From NCBI GenBank assembly GCA_036676985.1, contig JAKFBU010000014.1:1-64000 (forward strand): 64,000 nt of DNA, given 5' to 3'. Below are positions 1 through 9,368 of the stretch, in pieces. The translations under genes and the position numbers were made by a program. This DNA comes from Candidatus Sericytochromatia bacterium (GTDB lineage Bacteria > Cyanobacteriota > Sericytochromatia > S15B-MN24 > UBA4093). Positions within the stretch are counted from its first letter, which is position 1. Each line of letters opens with the position of its first letter. The notes beneath the pieces were generated by a model. It did not search any database. It saw only the letters and a program-made list of their open reading frames with translations, and had not been told where the DNA came from.

Positions 1-15
1 CCCAAAAACACCAAT

Positions 16-42
16 CCCCGCCGAGCTTTCGCCTGGCGGGGG
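16..42 (-). terminator. Rho-independent terminator of the candidate large ncRNA
   Basis: Minus strand reads CCCCGCCAGGCGAAAGCTCGGCGGGG followed by ATTGGTGTTTTT. Confidence 0.65.
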
Positions 43-650
43 TTGCTGCTTCGCGCGCGGTCCGACGTCAATCCATCGGCGGGCAATGCCCCGGAGAGTG
101 CCCTCTCCTCGCAGCGCGTCGCGGGTTTCTCAAGCCGCGTTCCGGGAAGTTTCCTTCCCACCGAATCCTGCCGGCACCTCTTGCGAGGCCTCGACCTGAC
201 CCGTGGCACGTTACGGTGTGCGCCGTGCTACCGCCCCGGAGAGCCGTAGACGAGCAAGTTCCGGTCGCGAAACCTTTCCTTGCCTCTCCTGCCGTCCCGC
301 CGGATACTTGCGCGTCCGACGACCCAGGAGGGAGGGGCCTTCCGGTGTCGATCCACCGGTGCGCTTGCAACGCAGGGGACTTGCGCCCCCGGTACTTCCT
401 CGCGAGAGTGTGTCCACTCCCTTTCGGGTCCCTTAACGGTTCCCTCGATCTCGCTTCGCAGGTTCTACCCTGGTTATCTCGATCGAAGCCTCTTCTGCAG
501 TTTGGCCCTCTGGCTCTCCCCCGGTTGGTTCGAGACTGCCACCCTACCGGCCGGTTACCCAGCTTTCGAGCTTTACCCGGGATTCTCTCCGCCGCTTACG
601 CGTCGTTCCCCCTCACCGGGTGCCGTCGTGTCCTCCGGAACGCGACGACC
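16..650 (-). ncRNA. Candidate large ornate structured RNA (~630 nt), family not recognised
   Basis: No credible ORF. Many hairpins with GAAA/GCAA loops on the minus strand (144-159, 177-188, 301-318, 375-389, 419-428). Long-range helices 635-646/135-146 and 512-519/238-245. Bounded by a promoter and a terminator. Confidence 0.6.
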
Positions 651-655
651 TATTA

Positions 656-684
656 ACCATACCGCATCCCGCGGCGCTTGGCAA
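656..684 (-). promoter_or_regulatory. sigma70-type promoter for the candidate ncRNA
   Basis: TTGCCA-17 nt-TATGGT on the minus strand; same -35 hexamer as the tRNA-Pro promoter. Confidence 0.6.
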
Positions 685-772
685 GCTTTTGGTTAAAAAA
701 AGATTTTAGAAAGCTTATGATCGCTCAGCAGCGCCGGTGACCGAGGCCCGATCGCGTCAGTCACAACGCCGC

Positions 773-985
773 TTAAGCCTTCTTCAGGAACTCGGTCTTG
801 AGGACCAGACCCTTGACCTTCTCCGCATTGCACTCGATCTCGTGCTCGTTGTCGGTCAAGCGGATGTTCTTGATGAGGGTGCCGCGCTTCAAGGTCGTAT
901 TGGCGCCCTTCACCTTCAAGTCCTTGGTGAGGTGAACGGAGTCGCCGTCGTTGAGCACGTTGCCATTGCAGTCCTTCGTCGCCAT
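773..985 (-). CDS. PhnA/YjdM C-terminal-domain protein (alkylphosphonate utilization family), 70 aa
   Basis: KDCNGNVLNDGDSVHLTKDLKVKG...LKTEFLKKA signature; SD AGGAG upstream. Confidence 0.85.
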   Translation of the reverse strand: MATKDCNGNVLNDGDSVHLTKDLKVKGANTTLKRGTLIKNIRLTDNEHEIECNAEKVKGLVLKTEFLKKA

Positions 986-1012
986 TTGTTTCTCCTGGGG
1001 TATCGGAAAGCC

Positions 1013-1166
1013 AAAGATAAGATGGCCAGCAGTTAGAAGCCCTGCTGGCCATCTTATCTTACCGCATGCGCGGAGTCGGAGCGGCGGGATTTGGATTCCG
1101 GTCGAGGCACCCCAGGCCACCACAACACTTGGAACCCTGATCCACAAGCTGCTCTTGGCCGCTTGA
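1013..1166 (-). repeat. att-like repeat copy 1: tRNA-Pro 3' fragment plus double hairpin (1013-1090) and conserved flank (1091-1166)
   Basis: GCCAGCAGTTAGAAGCCCTGCTGGC...GGAGTCGGAGCGGCGGGAT matches 15846-15911. Confidence 0.9.
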
Positions 1167-1339
1167 TCCGCCGCCGACTCCTTCGGTCACCGGTGAACTT
1201 GGCCGCGACGGCTCCCTCGATCCCAAGCACGGTGACGTCCCAAGCAACGTCTAGACCTTGCCCACGAACTTGTGGTCGCCTCGCCTGGGTGTCGGCTACG
1301 CACGCATCGCCGTCAGTACCATCACGGCGTAGGACATGG

Positions 1340-1523
1340 TGAAACGCCCCCCAACGCGTCGATGGCCACCCCGATGTCCTCGAGCAATCCTTCGGCGGCC
1401 TTCTCCAAGCGCGCCATGTTGCCGTCGACGGGCGGCAAGCCCCCCGAAGGCGATCGCCCCCAGCTTCAAGAAGAGCAGGGCCAATTCCGAGCGGGGCACC
1501 TGGGTGGGGACTCGGCTCGTCAC
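1340..1523 (-). pseudogene. Truncated chromate transporter (ChrA) N-terminal fragment
   Basis: ELALLFLKLGAIAFGG resembles the ChrA N-terminus; similarity is lost right after; coupled to the doxX stop; left boundary approximate. Confidence 0.5.
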
Positions 1524-1960
1524 TTCATCTTCGACAGGATGAATCGATCCAGGGACCACGGCCCGGCTCCCACGCCGAGCAGGAAGAGGCTGCCCAGGAG
1601 CATGGAGTAGTCCGTTCGCATGGCATGCGCCATCTCCCAGAACCCTTCGTTCCGGAGGATGGGTAGCTTGGTCGTGACGATGGCCACCCCCATGATGGCG
1701 AGGGTGGGAAGCACCGCGAGCCTCGTGAACAGGCCCACGAGGATGGCGAGGCCGCAAAGGGTCTCGAAGGTCCCCACGAAGGGCCCCAGGAAGTCGGGGT
1801 TCGGGAGCCCGATCGTGATGAACCGCCCCGTGCCGCGGGTGGCGGGGAAGAGGAACTTCTGGATGCCCTCCGAGAGGAAGACGCCCCCGACCATGAGGCG
1901 GATGAGCAGGGTGGCCGGAGGAGCGGTGGTGAGGAGGATCTGCTTGAGGGGTTGGGTCAT
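1520..1960 (-). CDS. DoxX family membrane protein
   Basis: LLIRLMVGGVFLSEGIQK...GAGPWSLD pattern, four hydrophobic segments. Confidence 0.85.
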   Translation of the reverse strand: MTQPLKQILLTTAPPATLLIRLMVGGVFLSEGIQKFLFPATRGTGRFITIGLPNPDFLGPFVGTFETLCGLAILVGLFTRLAVLPTLAIMGVAIVTTKLPILRNEGFWEMAHAMRTDYSMLLGSLFLLGVGAGPWSLDRFILSKMK

Positions 1961-1982
1961 GTGATGCTCCTGGCTGGGCGTG

Positions 1983-3548
1983 CTAGTAGCTGTGCTTCAT
2001 GAGGTGGTGCAGGAACCCCGCGTAAGGCTCGGGCTTGCCCAGACGCTCGGTCGGGGTCGCGTCGATGCGGGAGGCCATCGCGATGAAGGACCGGACCTGC
2101 TCATGCATGAACCCGGCATCGAGCCGATCCAGGTAGCCGTTGTCGCCCACCGCGCAGAGGTAGTCGGGGGCGGGCACGAGGGCGATGTTCGGGATGCCCG
2201 CCTCGAAGAGCGGCTGACCCTCGCCGAAGTGAAACCCGTTGACGGGCCTCAGGGTGATGCTGCGGACCTTGGTGCGGCCAGCGAGCGAGTCCAGGTAGAT
2301 GCGATCCATCATCGGGTTGCCAGTGTACACCAGCTCGGTCTCCAGGCGACCGGTCTCGCGTGCGGTGCTGTGGTCGTCCGTATCCCGCCACTCCTTGCAA
2401 CCCAGGTGCTCGATGGTGAGGCCGGCGACCGCCCGCTTGTGGCCGTTCTTGCCGTCCCACAGCTCCGGGTGGTCATGGAGCCAGCGCGTGCTGGCTTGCT
2501 CGTGCCCATGTCCGAACTGGGGCAACTGGAAGTGGCCGGTGACGAAGGCGAAGACCAAGTCGCGCCGCCGGCTCTCCACGGGCTGGCGCGCGAAGTGCGA
2601 GGCCATCGCAAGCAGGCCGACCGCGCCGTTCTCCTCGGTGGCGTTGGGGCCATCGGTATGGGTGTTGACCAGGATGCTCTCGGTGCCCGACGAGCCCGGC
2701 AGGATGGCGTAGAGCGTATCGGTCGAGGCCGCGGCGTCGACCTCGGCATCGAGCACCATGCGGACCTTGGCCCGCGCGGCCGCGAGCCGCTTGAGACGAT
2801 CGCCCGTGGGGCCGTCGACCCAGAGGGCGGGACAATCCTTGAGCGCGGTCGTGAACGGAAGGTACTGTCCCCGGACGGTCGCGGGCGAGAGGTCCTTCCA
2901 GACCGCGATCACGCCCACCGCACCGGCAGCCTTGGCCCGCTCGAGATCCGGGCGCTTCAGCACGCTGCTCACGACCGGGCTGCTCACCCAGAAGGGGATG
3001 TCCTCGCTGGCCGGCATCGCGCTGCGCTTCTTGAAGAGCAGGAAGGAGGGCAGGCTCGAGACGGAGACCTCCACGAGCGCGATCTTGCCGGCGGCCCCGC
3101 GGAAATCCCCCGGAGCGGCTCCGCACGGCACCACCTCGGCGACCACCCCCTCGGCGCCCGTCGTCCCCGAATACGGAAAGTAGGCCGCCACCGGCAGCGA
3201 TTGGGGGCCCTTGGACGGGTCCGCGACCGTCAGGCTCCACCGACGGGGCTCCCACTTGGTGAAGGGGTGGCGATCCCGGTGGACCGCGAGCCCCATGCGC
3301 CGCACCTCCTGCTCGAGGAAATCGATCGAGTCCTGGTGCGCCTTCGACCCGGTCAGCCGGATCCCGAAGCGGTTGAGTGCCTCTTGCCAAGCCCACACCT
3401 GTGCCTGACTGGGGAGGGTGGCGGTGTCGGACATGGGTCGAGCCTCTACTGGCGCCGCCGCGGGCGAAACCCTCGTCGCGAGGGGGGCGACGAGATACAG
3501 CCCGGTGACGGTCGCTATGGTTCCAATCGTTGTCAGGACTCGGTTCAT
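1983..3548 (-). CDS. Exported PA-domain / M28-like peptidase family protein
   Basis: N-terminal hydrophobic segment; PA-domain GKIALV..AKAAGAVGVI; HTDGPNATEENG. Confidence 0.6.
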   Translation of the reverse strand: MNRVLTTIGTIATVTGLYLVAPLATRVSPAAAPVEARPMSDTATLPSQAQVWAWQEALNRFGIRLTGSKAHQDSIDFLEQEVRRMGLAVHRDRHPFTKWEPRRWSLTVADPSKGPQSLPVAAYFPYSGTTGAEGVVAEVVPCGAAPGDFRGAAGKIALVEVSVSSLPSFLLFKKRSAMPASEDIPFWVSSPVVSSVLKRPDLERAKAAGAVGVIAVWKDLSPATVRGQYLPFTTALKDCPALWVDGPTGDRLKRLAAARAKVRMVLDAEVDAAASTDTLYAILPGSSGTESILVNTHTDGPNATEENGAVGLLAMASHFARQPVESRRRDLVFAFVTGHFQLPQFGHGHEQASTRWLHDHPELWDGKNGHKRAVAGLTIEHLGCKEWRDTDDHSTARETGRLETELVYTGNPMMDRIYLDSLAGRTKVRSITLRPVNGFHFGEGQPLFEAGIPNIALVPAPDYLCAVGDNGYLDRLDAGFMHEQVRSFIAMASRIDATPTERLGKPEPYAGFLHHLMKHSY

Positions 3549-3560
3549 GAAAGCGGCCGC

Positions 3561-4979
3561 CTAGTGCTCGGTCGCCGCCGACAGGACGATCCGGGTGATC
3601 GTGCGGGTGCCCTTGGCCAGCTGATCCACGGTGATGTACTCGTCGTCGCCATGCACCGTCTCGAGTTGCTCGCGGCTGCAGACGATGGGCCCCAGGCCGT
3701 AGGCGCGGATGCCCCGCGCGCGGAAGTAGGCCGAGTCGGTGCCGCCCGTCGAGATCATGGGCGTGACCCGGATCGTGGGGTACTCGGCCCGGATGGCATT
3801 TTCCAGCACGCCGTAGAAGGCAGACTCGCGCGGGCTGCGCGTCGGCTCGGACGAGGAGAGGATCCGCACCGCGATGCCGGGGTCGGCCATGCGCTCGCGC
3901 AGCGCTGCGAGCACCTCGGCAGCCGTCGTGCCGGGCAGGTAGCGCACGTCTACCTGCGCGCTCGCGCGTCCGGGCACCACGTTCACCTTGCTGCCGCCCG
4001 ACAGCACCGTTGGATTGACCGTGGTGCCCAACAGCGACGCGAGCACGGGCTCGCTCGAGACGGCGGCCGGGCCCACGAGTCCGAGCATGCCAGGCCAGTC
4101 CAGGTGCTGCAGGACCCAGCGCCGGACGCCCGTCTCCCCCTCGCCGATCGCCGACAGCATCTCGCGGCTCTCGGGAATGAGGGTCAGCGGTAGCGGCCGC
4201 GAGGTGAGGCGCTCCAGGGCCCGGACCAGCCTCACGGGAGCCGCCTGCGGATTGGCGACCGAGCCATGCCCTGGCTTCCCTTCGGACGTGAGCTCGAGCC
4301 ACAGCACGCCGCGCTCGGCAGTCTGGATGCCCATCACCTCGGCGCCATTGGCGAAGCGCAGTCCGTAACTGCCCTCGTTGAGGATGTCCGAGGCTTGCAC
4401 CGCCTCGGGGTGATGCTCGAGCAGCCAGCGCGCGCCTGCCCAGCCGCCGGCTTCCTCATCGGCGACCGCGACGAGCAGGACGTCGCGCCGCAAGGCAACG
4501 CCCTGGCGTTTCAGCTCCAGGAAGGCCATCAGCTGCATGAGCCCCAGGCCCTTCATGTCGAGCGCGCCGCGCCCGTAGAGCCGACCGTCCTTGAGCACGC
4601 CGTCGAAAGGCGGTACGCTCCAGCGCGCGGCGTCTGCCGTGACGACGTCCACGTGGTGCAGCAACATGAGCGGCGGTTCGTGGCCGCTGCCCTTCAAGCG
4701 GGCCACCAGGCACTGGCGGCCAGGGGCCGAGTCGTAGACGTCCGAGGCGATGCCTTCTCTGGTGAGCCACTGGCGCAGCAGGGCGATCGCCTGGGTCTCG
4801 TTGCCCGGCGGGTTGGTGGTGTCGACCTTCAGGTAGGCCTGCAGCTTCTCGGTGGCCTCGGGACCACGGTCGGGAATTCGGCCGACACGGTCGTCGGCCA
4901 TCCCCTGGACCGGTTGCGCGAGCAGGAGGCTCGCGGCGAGCAAGAAGGCGGCTGCGCGGAAACGCAGGGAAACGAACAT
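3561..4979 (-). CDS. M20/M25/M40 family metallo-hydrolase with signal peptide
   Basis: HHVDVV, YGRGALDMKG, DEEAGG, GGTDSAYF and HGDDE motifs. Confidence 0.9.
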   Translation of the reverse strand: MFVSLRFRAAAFLLAASLLLAQPVQGMADDRVGRIPDRGPEATEKLQAYLKVDTTNPPGNETQAIALLRQWLTREGIASDVYDSAPGRQCLVARLKGSGHEPPLMLLHHVDVVTADAARWSVPPFDGVLKDGRLYGRGALDMKGLGLMQLMAFLELKRQGVALRRDVLLVAVADEEAGGWAGARWLLEHHPEAVQASDILNEGSYGLRFANGAEVMGIQTAERGVLWLELTSEGKPGHGSVANPQAAPVRLVRALERLTSRPLPLTLIPESREMLSAIGEGETGVRRWVLQHLDWPGMLGLVGPAAVSSEPVLASLLGTTVNPTVLSGGSKVNVVPGRASAQVDVRYLPGTTAAEVLAALRERMADPGIAVRILSSSEPTRSPRESAFYGVLENAIRAEYPTIRVTPMISTGGTDSAYFRARGIRAYGLGPIVCSREQLETVHGDDEYITVDQLAKGTRTITRIVLSAATEH

Positions 4980-5043
4980 GCCGGGCTCCTGGGCTGACGA
5001 GCGGATGGTCGCCCATCAGTCTACGACGTCACAAGCGCTCGAG

Positions 5044-5769
5044 CTAGATGTCGAGCGACACCTTGCCGTTGCGACGGAGGTTCTCGTAGCTCATCCAAAA
5101 CACCACCGCGCGCCCGTCGGAGTAGTGCACGCGAGTGGGCATCAAGGTGCGGCCGTCGATCCAGGCCTCGAGGGTACGGCACCCGTTGAGCAGCTTGGGG
5201 CCACCGACCAGGAGGTGGTATCCCGTCGGGGTCGAGTCGGCGGCGAGGACGGTGTTGGCGGGGTCCATAAGCTGCCCCAGCGTTTCGGGCACGAGAATCT
5301 GGTTGATGCGATAGCCGCGCACGGACATGACCTTGGGGTCGTCGAGCGACAAGGTGACCACCAGGGGGCTCAAGAGACCGCCCGGGCGGGCCTTGAGCGA
5401 GTTGCCGCCCGTGTAGAGCAGGCGCGAACCCTTGCCGTTACCTTCCTGGACCACGATCTTGACCGAGTTGCCCTTGCCGGCGATCTGGTACAGGCCGTTC
5501 GAGGTCTTGGTGTCCTGGCTCTGGAAGTAGCGCAGCGTCACCTCGTAGCCCGGCATACCGCGGAAGGCGGTGAGGGACTGGCCGATGAGCTGGCGGACCT
5601 GTTCCTGAATCTGGGGCGAGAGCGGGGCGCCGGGTGCCGTGGGCGGGGACGTCGGTCGGCTTACAGGGGGCTCGGTCGGCTCGGGAGTGACGACTCCCGT
5701 CTCGCCCAATCCGCACCCGCCGACCAACAATCCCAAGGCGAGAAGAACCCATGACATGCGCGTCTGCAT
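5044..5769 (-). CDS. Lipoprotein, possibly LolA-like fold
   Basis: Lipobox LVGGC, Pro-rich linker, C-terminal WID..TLMPTRV..Y.NL..N pattern. Confidence 0.6.
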   Translation of the reverse strand: MQTRMSWVLLALGLLVGGCGLGETGVVTPEPTEPPVSRPTSPPTAPGAPLSPQIQEQVRQLIGQSLTAFRGMPGYEVTLRYFQSQDTKTSNGLYQIAGKGNSVKIVVQEGNGKGSRLLYTGGNSLKARPGGLLSPLVVTLSLDDPKVMSVRGYRINQILVPETLGQLMDPANTVLAADSTPTGYHLLVGGPKLLNGCRTLEAWIDGRTLMPTRVHYSDGRAVVFWMSYENLRRNGKVSLDI

Positions 5770-5933
5770 ATCGCTTCACTCTCCCGTGACTTGCCGAACG
5801 GTCGTCCCCATGGAGACCGTCCCTGCTTTATCGTTATGATAAGGTTAAACTGTATTTAAGGCAAGTTAATTTTCCGACGGAGGCACCCCGCGCTGCCGAC
5901 CCATGCTTGGCGGGTGGCATCTCGAGAGGCGGG

Positions 5934-5949
5934 GTCGGAGCGGCGGGAT
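5934..5949 (-). repeat. att-like repeat copy 2 (partial; tRNA-Pro 3' fragment only)
   Basis: GTCGGAGCGGCGGGAT is identical to 15896-15911. Confidence 0.75.
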
Positions 5950-5997
5950 GGGCACCATGGGTTATGCCCCCGGAACCCCAATCGTGTGGGTGTCCGG

Positions 5998-7146
5998 TTA
6001 GAGCTGCTTTAGCACGACCTGGTCGATCCAGTAGCGAAGATACGTGTCCGTGATGGCATACTCATCGCCCCTACGGAGCTCGACCAGCTCCTTTTCCTTG
6101 AGACGGGCCAATGCGCCCTGCACGGAGGAGGCCGGTCCAAGCTGGTGATCGCGGCGGTAGCCCTCGGAAAATAGGTTGCCGGAGCCTTTGGATAGTGCGA
6201 TCAATAGCGACTTTTGTCGTGCCGAGAGCTCGTCCCATAAGATCGTGTAGCGGGCATCCTCTGCCGCGACGATCCGGGAAAGCGCCTCGTTGACTGTCTC
6301 TTCCGTCGGCTCGATGCCGCGCGCCTGACAGAGCGCCCATGTGAAGTGGGCGAGTTGCTGGGTATCGTTGGGATGACAGGCCGTGATCACGAGGATACGT
6401 TCGATCGCTTCATCGGAGATGTGCTTGCCGGTCGACTCGAACCGCTGGCGGAGGAAGGTGGCAAAGTCCGCGGGGCGGAAGGGATGCAGCGGAACGGTCT
6501 TCGCGGACTTGTACATCGGCTCGTTGATGTTGTTGAACAAATCGTTCATGAGGTGGAACTTGCTTCCCAGATAGACGTGTGAAACGTCGGTCTGGTGCTG
6601 GAATATCGTGCGCATCCGAGCGATCAGGTGCTTGTCGATAGCGACGATCTCCTGGAACTCGTCGAGGATGAGGACGACGCGCTTGTTCTTGTCCTTGGCG
6701 ATCTTGGCGGGCATTGCCAAGAGGACTTCGAGGTCGCGGTCCAAGTCGGCTTCCGAGCGCCCTGGTGCGAGCTCGAGGGTGGGAGTCCCGTCCGCGCCCA
6801 TGGAGAGCTTTGGGGTGACGGAAAGGCCCCGGAACGTCTCGGCCAGACCCTTGAGCTTCTGTTGATAGGGTGAAAGCAGACCGGAATACAGAGCCCTAGC
6901 CAGTGCTTGCACGAAGCTCGCCTTGGTGGGCGTCCCGAAAAGATCGAGGTAGGCCACCAGGACGCCTTGTTTCCTGAGTCGATCGATGACGGTTAGAATC
7001 AGCGAGGTCTTGCCGAGGCGTCGCGGTGACATCACGACCACGTTTTGGCCGCTCCGCAAGTCTTGCTCGAGTTCGGCGAGCTCTTCGGTCCGGTTGGTGA
7101 AGTGATCGCCCGAGACCAGCTCGCCGTAGCGAAAGGGATTATCCAT
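5998..7146 (-). CDS. P-loop ATPase (archaeal-ATPase/AAA type) with C-terminal winged helix
   Basis: NPFRYG..FTNRTEEL, Walker A SPRRLGKTS, Walker B LILDEFQ; SD before the ATG at 7146. Confidence 0.85.
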   Translation of the reverse strand: MDNPFRYGELVSGDHFTNRTEELAELEQDLRSGQNVVVMSPRRLGKTSLILTVIDRLRKQGVLVAYLDLFGTPTKASFVQALARALYSGLLSPYQQKLKGLAETFRGLSVTPKLSMGADGTPTLELAPGRSEADLDRDLEVLLAMPAKIAKDKNKRVVLILDEFQEIVAIDKHLIARMRTIFQHQTDVSHVYLGSKFHLMNDLFNNINEPMYKSAKTVPLHPFRPADFATFLRQRFESTGKHISDEAIERILVITACHPNDTQQLAHFTWALCQARGIEPTEETVNEALSRIVAAEDARYTILWDELSARQKSLLIALSKGSGNLFSEGYRRDHQLGPASSVQGALARLKEKELVELRRGDEYAITDTYLRYWIDQVVLKQL

Positions 7147-7230
7147 CGGTCTCCCCTTTACTTGATCCTTGGTTACGTTCCTTTTCGTAACCAATAATAG
7201 CGTAATGGTAGGCGAGAGGGAAGACAAACG

Positions 7231-7375
7231 AAAGACGGCCAGCAGTTAGAAGCCCTGCTGGCCGTCTTATCTTACCGCTTGCGCGGACTCGGGGCGGCGG
7301 GATTAGGATTCCAGTAGGGGCACCCAGCGCCCCAAGGCGTGGAACGTGAACCATCCGGCACTCTTGCTTCCAAAG
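7231..7375 (-). repeat. att-like repeat copy 3 with flank
   Basis: AAAGACGGCCAGCAGTTAGAAGCCCTGCTGGCCGTCTT...TCGGGGCGGCGGGAT followed by CCAGTAGGGGCACCC. Confidence 0.9.
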
Positions 7376-7429
7376 TGGTCTAAGCCAACTTGACAAGAGC
7401 CATCCAGAGCAGCCTCACCCTCCAACCGA

Positions 7430-8419
7430 TCAAAATTCGAAGACCTCCAGCGGAACGAGCGATGTATCTCCGTTCTCGCCGTCAGGTCGGATCGCGTAGA
7501 CATGGTGGGAGTAATAGTCGCCTGGCTGGTAGCGGAGGCGGCCCTTAGGGCCCAACGTGAAGATGTAGACCGTCGTTTCGCCTGTGATCGGATCATCAAA
7601 CGGCGCCATGAGTACCCCGGGCCGCCAGCGCGCGGTCAGGCCCTGTTGCCCGCCCAAAAACGGATAGCCATACTTTTCTCTCATCTGCCAGTCGACGAGG
7701 AAGCCATTGAGCTGCGTGGTCCAAGGATAGGACATGCCGGAATGGGAATTCATCGTCACCGTGACCCAGCCGACGACCGGATCCTTGAACGAGAGATTCA
7801 TCGCGTAGAACTCGTACAGGAATTGCATCACGTCCGCTCGCGTCGGCATGTCGGTCGGGCCGCCCACCAGCGGGACCACGGGGCCGAGTCCGAACGTTCC
7901 CGGTCCCGGGACCTGAAAGATGACACCTTCCGGCCCCGATAGCGCGAAACTGCCACTGGCTTGCATCCAGCCATCCTGACCTCTCGTGAGGACCCCCAGC
8001 GTTTCGGACGTAATGGCACCGACCACACTTGCGGTGGCGGGCATTTCGACCTGCAGTCTGACTGGAAGGCCAGGGGTCGCCTCCACCACGAATCCGGTCC
8101 CGTTCTCGATGCCCTGCTCATCAGGTAGCAAGCGGAGCGTCACTTGGGCCGAATAGGAGGCCGCGGAGCGGGGCGCAAATAGGGTCAGAGCGCGGTCGGG
8201 CAGGTGCCACGCTCCGCCGTCGTTCGTCACCTCGAAGGGTTGCCCGGCGCCTACTTGGATAGGGGCGGGACGTTCCAACGAAATGGGGGAGGCCTCCGGT
8301 GTCGGAGTGGAACTAGGGGATGCTCCTTGGGAGACCTTGGTGATGGTGGATGGGGAGGTGCATGCGCTGACCATGAGGGTCGTCAGGAACAGAATGCGAG
8401 CAAATGTTCGTTTGAGCAT
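7430..8419 (-). CDS. Hypothetical lipoprotein
   Basis: Signal peptide with lipobox VSAC, then a Ser/Pro-rich linker; no family recognised. Confidence 0.6.
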   Translation of the reverse strand: MLKRTFARILFLTTLMVSACTSPSTITKVSQGASPSSTPTPEASPISLERPAPIQVGAGQPFEVTNDGGAWHLPDRALTLFAPRSAASYSAQVTLRLLPDEQGIENGTGFVVEATPGLPVRLQVEMPATASVVGAITSETLGVLTRGQDGWMQASGSFALSGPEGVIFQVPGPGTFGLGPVVPLVGGPTDMPTRADVMQFLYEFYAMNLSFKDPVVGWVTVTMNSHSGMSYPWTTQLNGFLVDWQMREKYGYPFLGGQQGLTARWRPGVLMAPFDDPITGETTVYIFTLGPKGRLRYQPGDYYSHHVYAIRPDGENGDTSLVPLEVFEF

Positions 8420-8508
8420 AGGAGGGTTGTACCCGCTGGTCAGCCAACCAATGCTTGCTCGATAGAAGCACGGATCGGGGTGTCTGAAAGCGGGACGGTT
8501 CTCCATGC

Positions 8509-8660
8509 AAAAAGAAAGACGGCTAGCAGTTAGAAGCCCTGCTGGCCGTCTTATCTATCCGCTTGCGGGGAGTCGGAGCGGCGGGATTCGGTTTCCAGTC
8601 GAGGCACCCCATGCGCCAAAGTCTGGAATGTGCTTCACGAGCTACTTTTGGCCTCAAAGC
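8509..8660 (-). repeat. att-like repeat copy 4 with flank
   Basis: Same hairpins; identity to the tRNA extends to GGGATTCG (8590); flank CCAGTCGAGGCACCCC. Confidence 0.9.
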
Positions 8661-8680
8661 TAGCTAGGCTTCTCAGCGAC

Positions 8681-9343
8681 TTAGTCACCACTGCACCCGC
8701 AGCAAGTGTCACGACCCGCTGCGCGGTCGAAGGCTTCCCGACCTTCGCCGACTATCCAGTAGAGGATGCCGAGAGCGGCCAGCGGGTCGGCCCACCACCA
8801 GCCCAGAAACTTGGTGACCAGCAAGCCGACCAAGAGCGTGGCGGACATGTAGGCACAGACCCAGGTGCAGCTGGCTTCCGCCTTGAGGGCTTCGCTGCCG
8901 ACGGACGTGCCGATGCGCTTCTTGGCGATGGCGATGACGGGCATGATGACGACCGACGCGACGGCAAGGCCGATGCCCAGAGGGCTCGGGTTGGACTCGG
9001 TACGGGTCCAGAGCGTTACGGCTGAACTGACGGCGATGATGGCGGCCAAGGCGTAGAAGACGACGCCTGCCCACCAGTTGGCTCGACGCTCGAGTTGCTC
9101 GACGCATTCTTCATCGGCACCACGGGCCTCTGTTACAAGACGCCACACCAGGACCGCTCCCAGCGCCCACTCGATGATGCTGTCCAGGCCGAAGGCCTCC
9201 AGCGAGACGCTGCGGTCGTGATACCCAGCCCACAAGGCCAGGAACATCTCGATGGTGTTGTACGCCATCGTGATGAGGACGAGGGTCAGGCCGACCGTCA
9301 GGTGCTTCTGGTGCTGGTTCTGGCTGGTAGTCGGGATGCTCAT
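8681..9343 (-). CDS. Cation transporter (CDF-like, membrane domain only)
   Basis: SVSLEAFGLDSIIE, SEALKAEA, GWWWADPLAAL; Cys-rich tail CCGC. Confidence 0.8.
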   Translation of the reverse strand: MSIPTTSQNQHQKHLTVGLTLVLITMAYNTIEMFLALWAGYHDRSVSLEAFGLDSIIEWALGAVLVWRLVTEARGADEECVEQLERRANWWAGVVFYALAAIIAVSSAVTLWTRTESNPSPLGIGLAVASVVIMPVIAIAKKRIGTSVGSEALKAEASCTWVCAYMSATLLVGLLVTKFLGWWWADPLAALGILYWIVGEGREAFDRAAGRDTCCGCSGD

Positions 9344-9368
9344 AAGGTCACGTCGAGGGCGAGAGCGG

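Noticed and set aside
16-650. RNase P RNA, tmRNA, group I/II intron or rRNA fragment
   Set aside because: No GAGGAAAGTCC P4 motif, tRNA-like ends with tag ORF, GTGCG start/domain V or rRNA signature could be found by eye; an Rfam search is still needed.
43-696. Short ORFs in the first 700 bp
   Set aside because: Arg/Pro/Ser-rich, no SD, no family motifs and no host-like codon bias.
5998-7146. ATPase as an anti-phage defence system or the cassette mobiliser
   Set aside because: No nuclease or effector domain, no partner gene and no recombinase catalytic motifs are visible.
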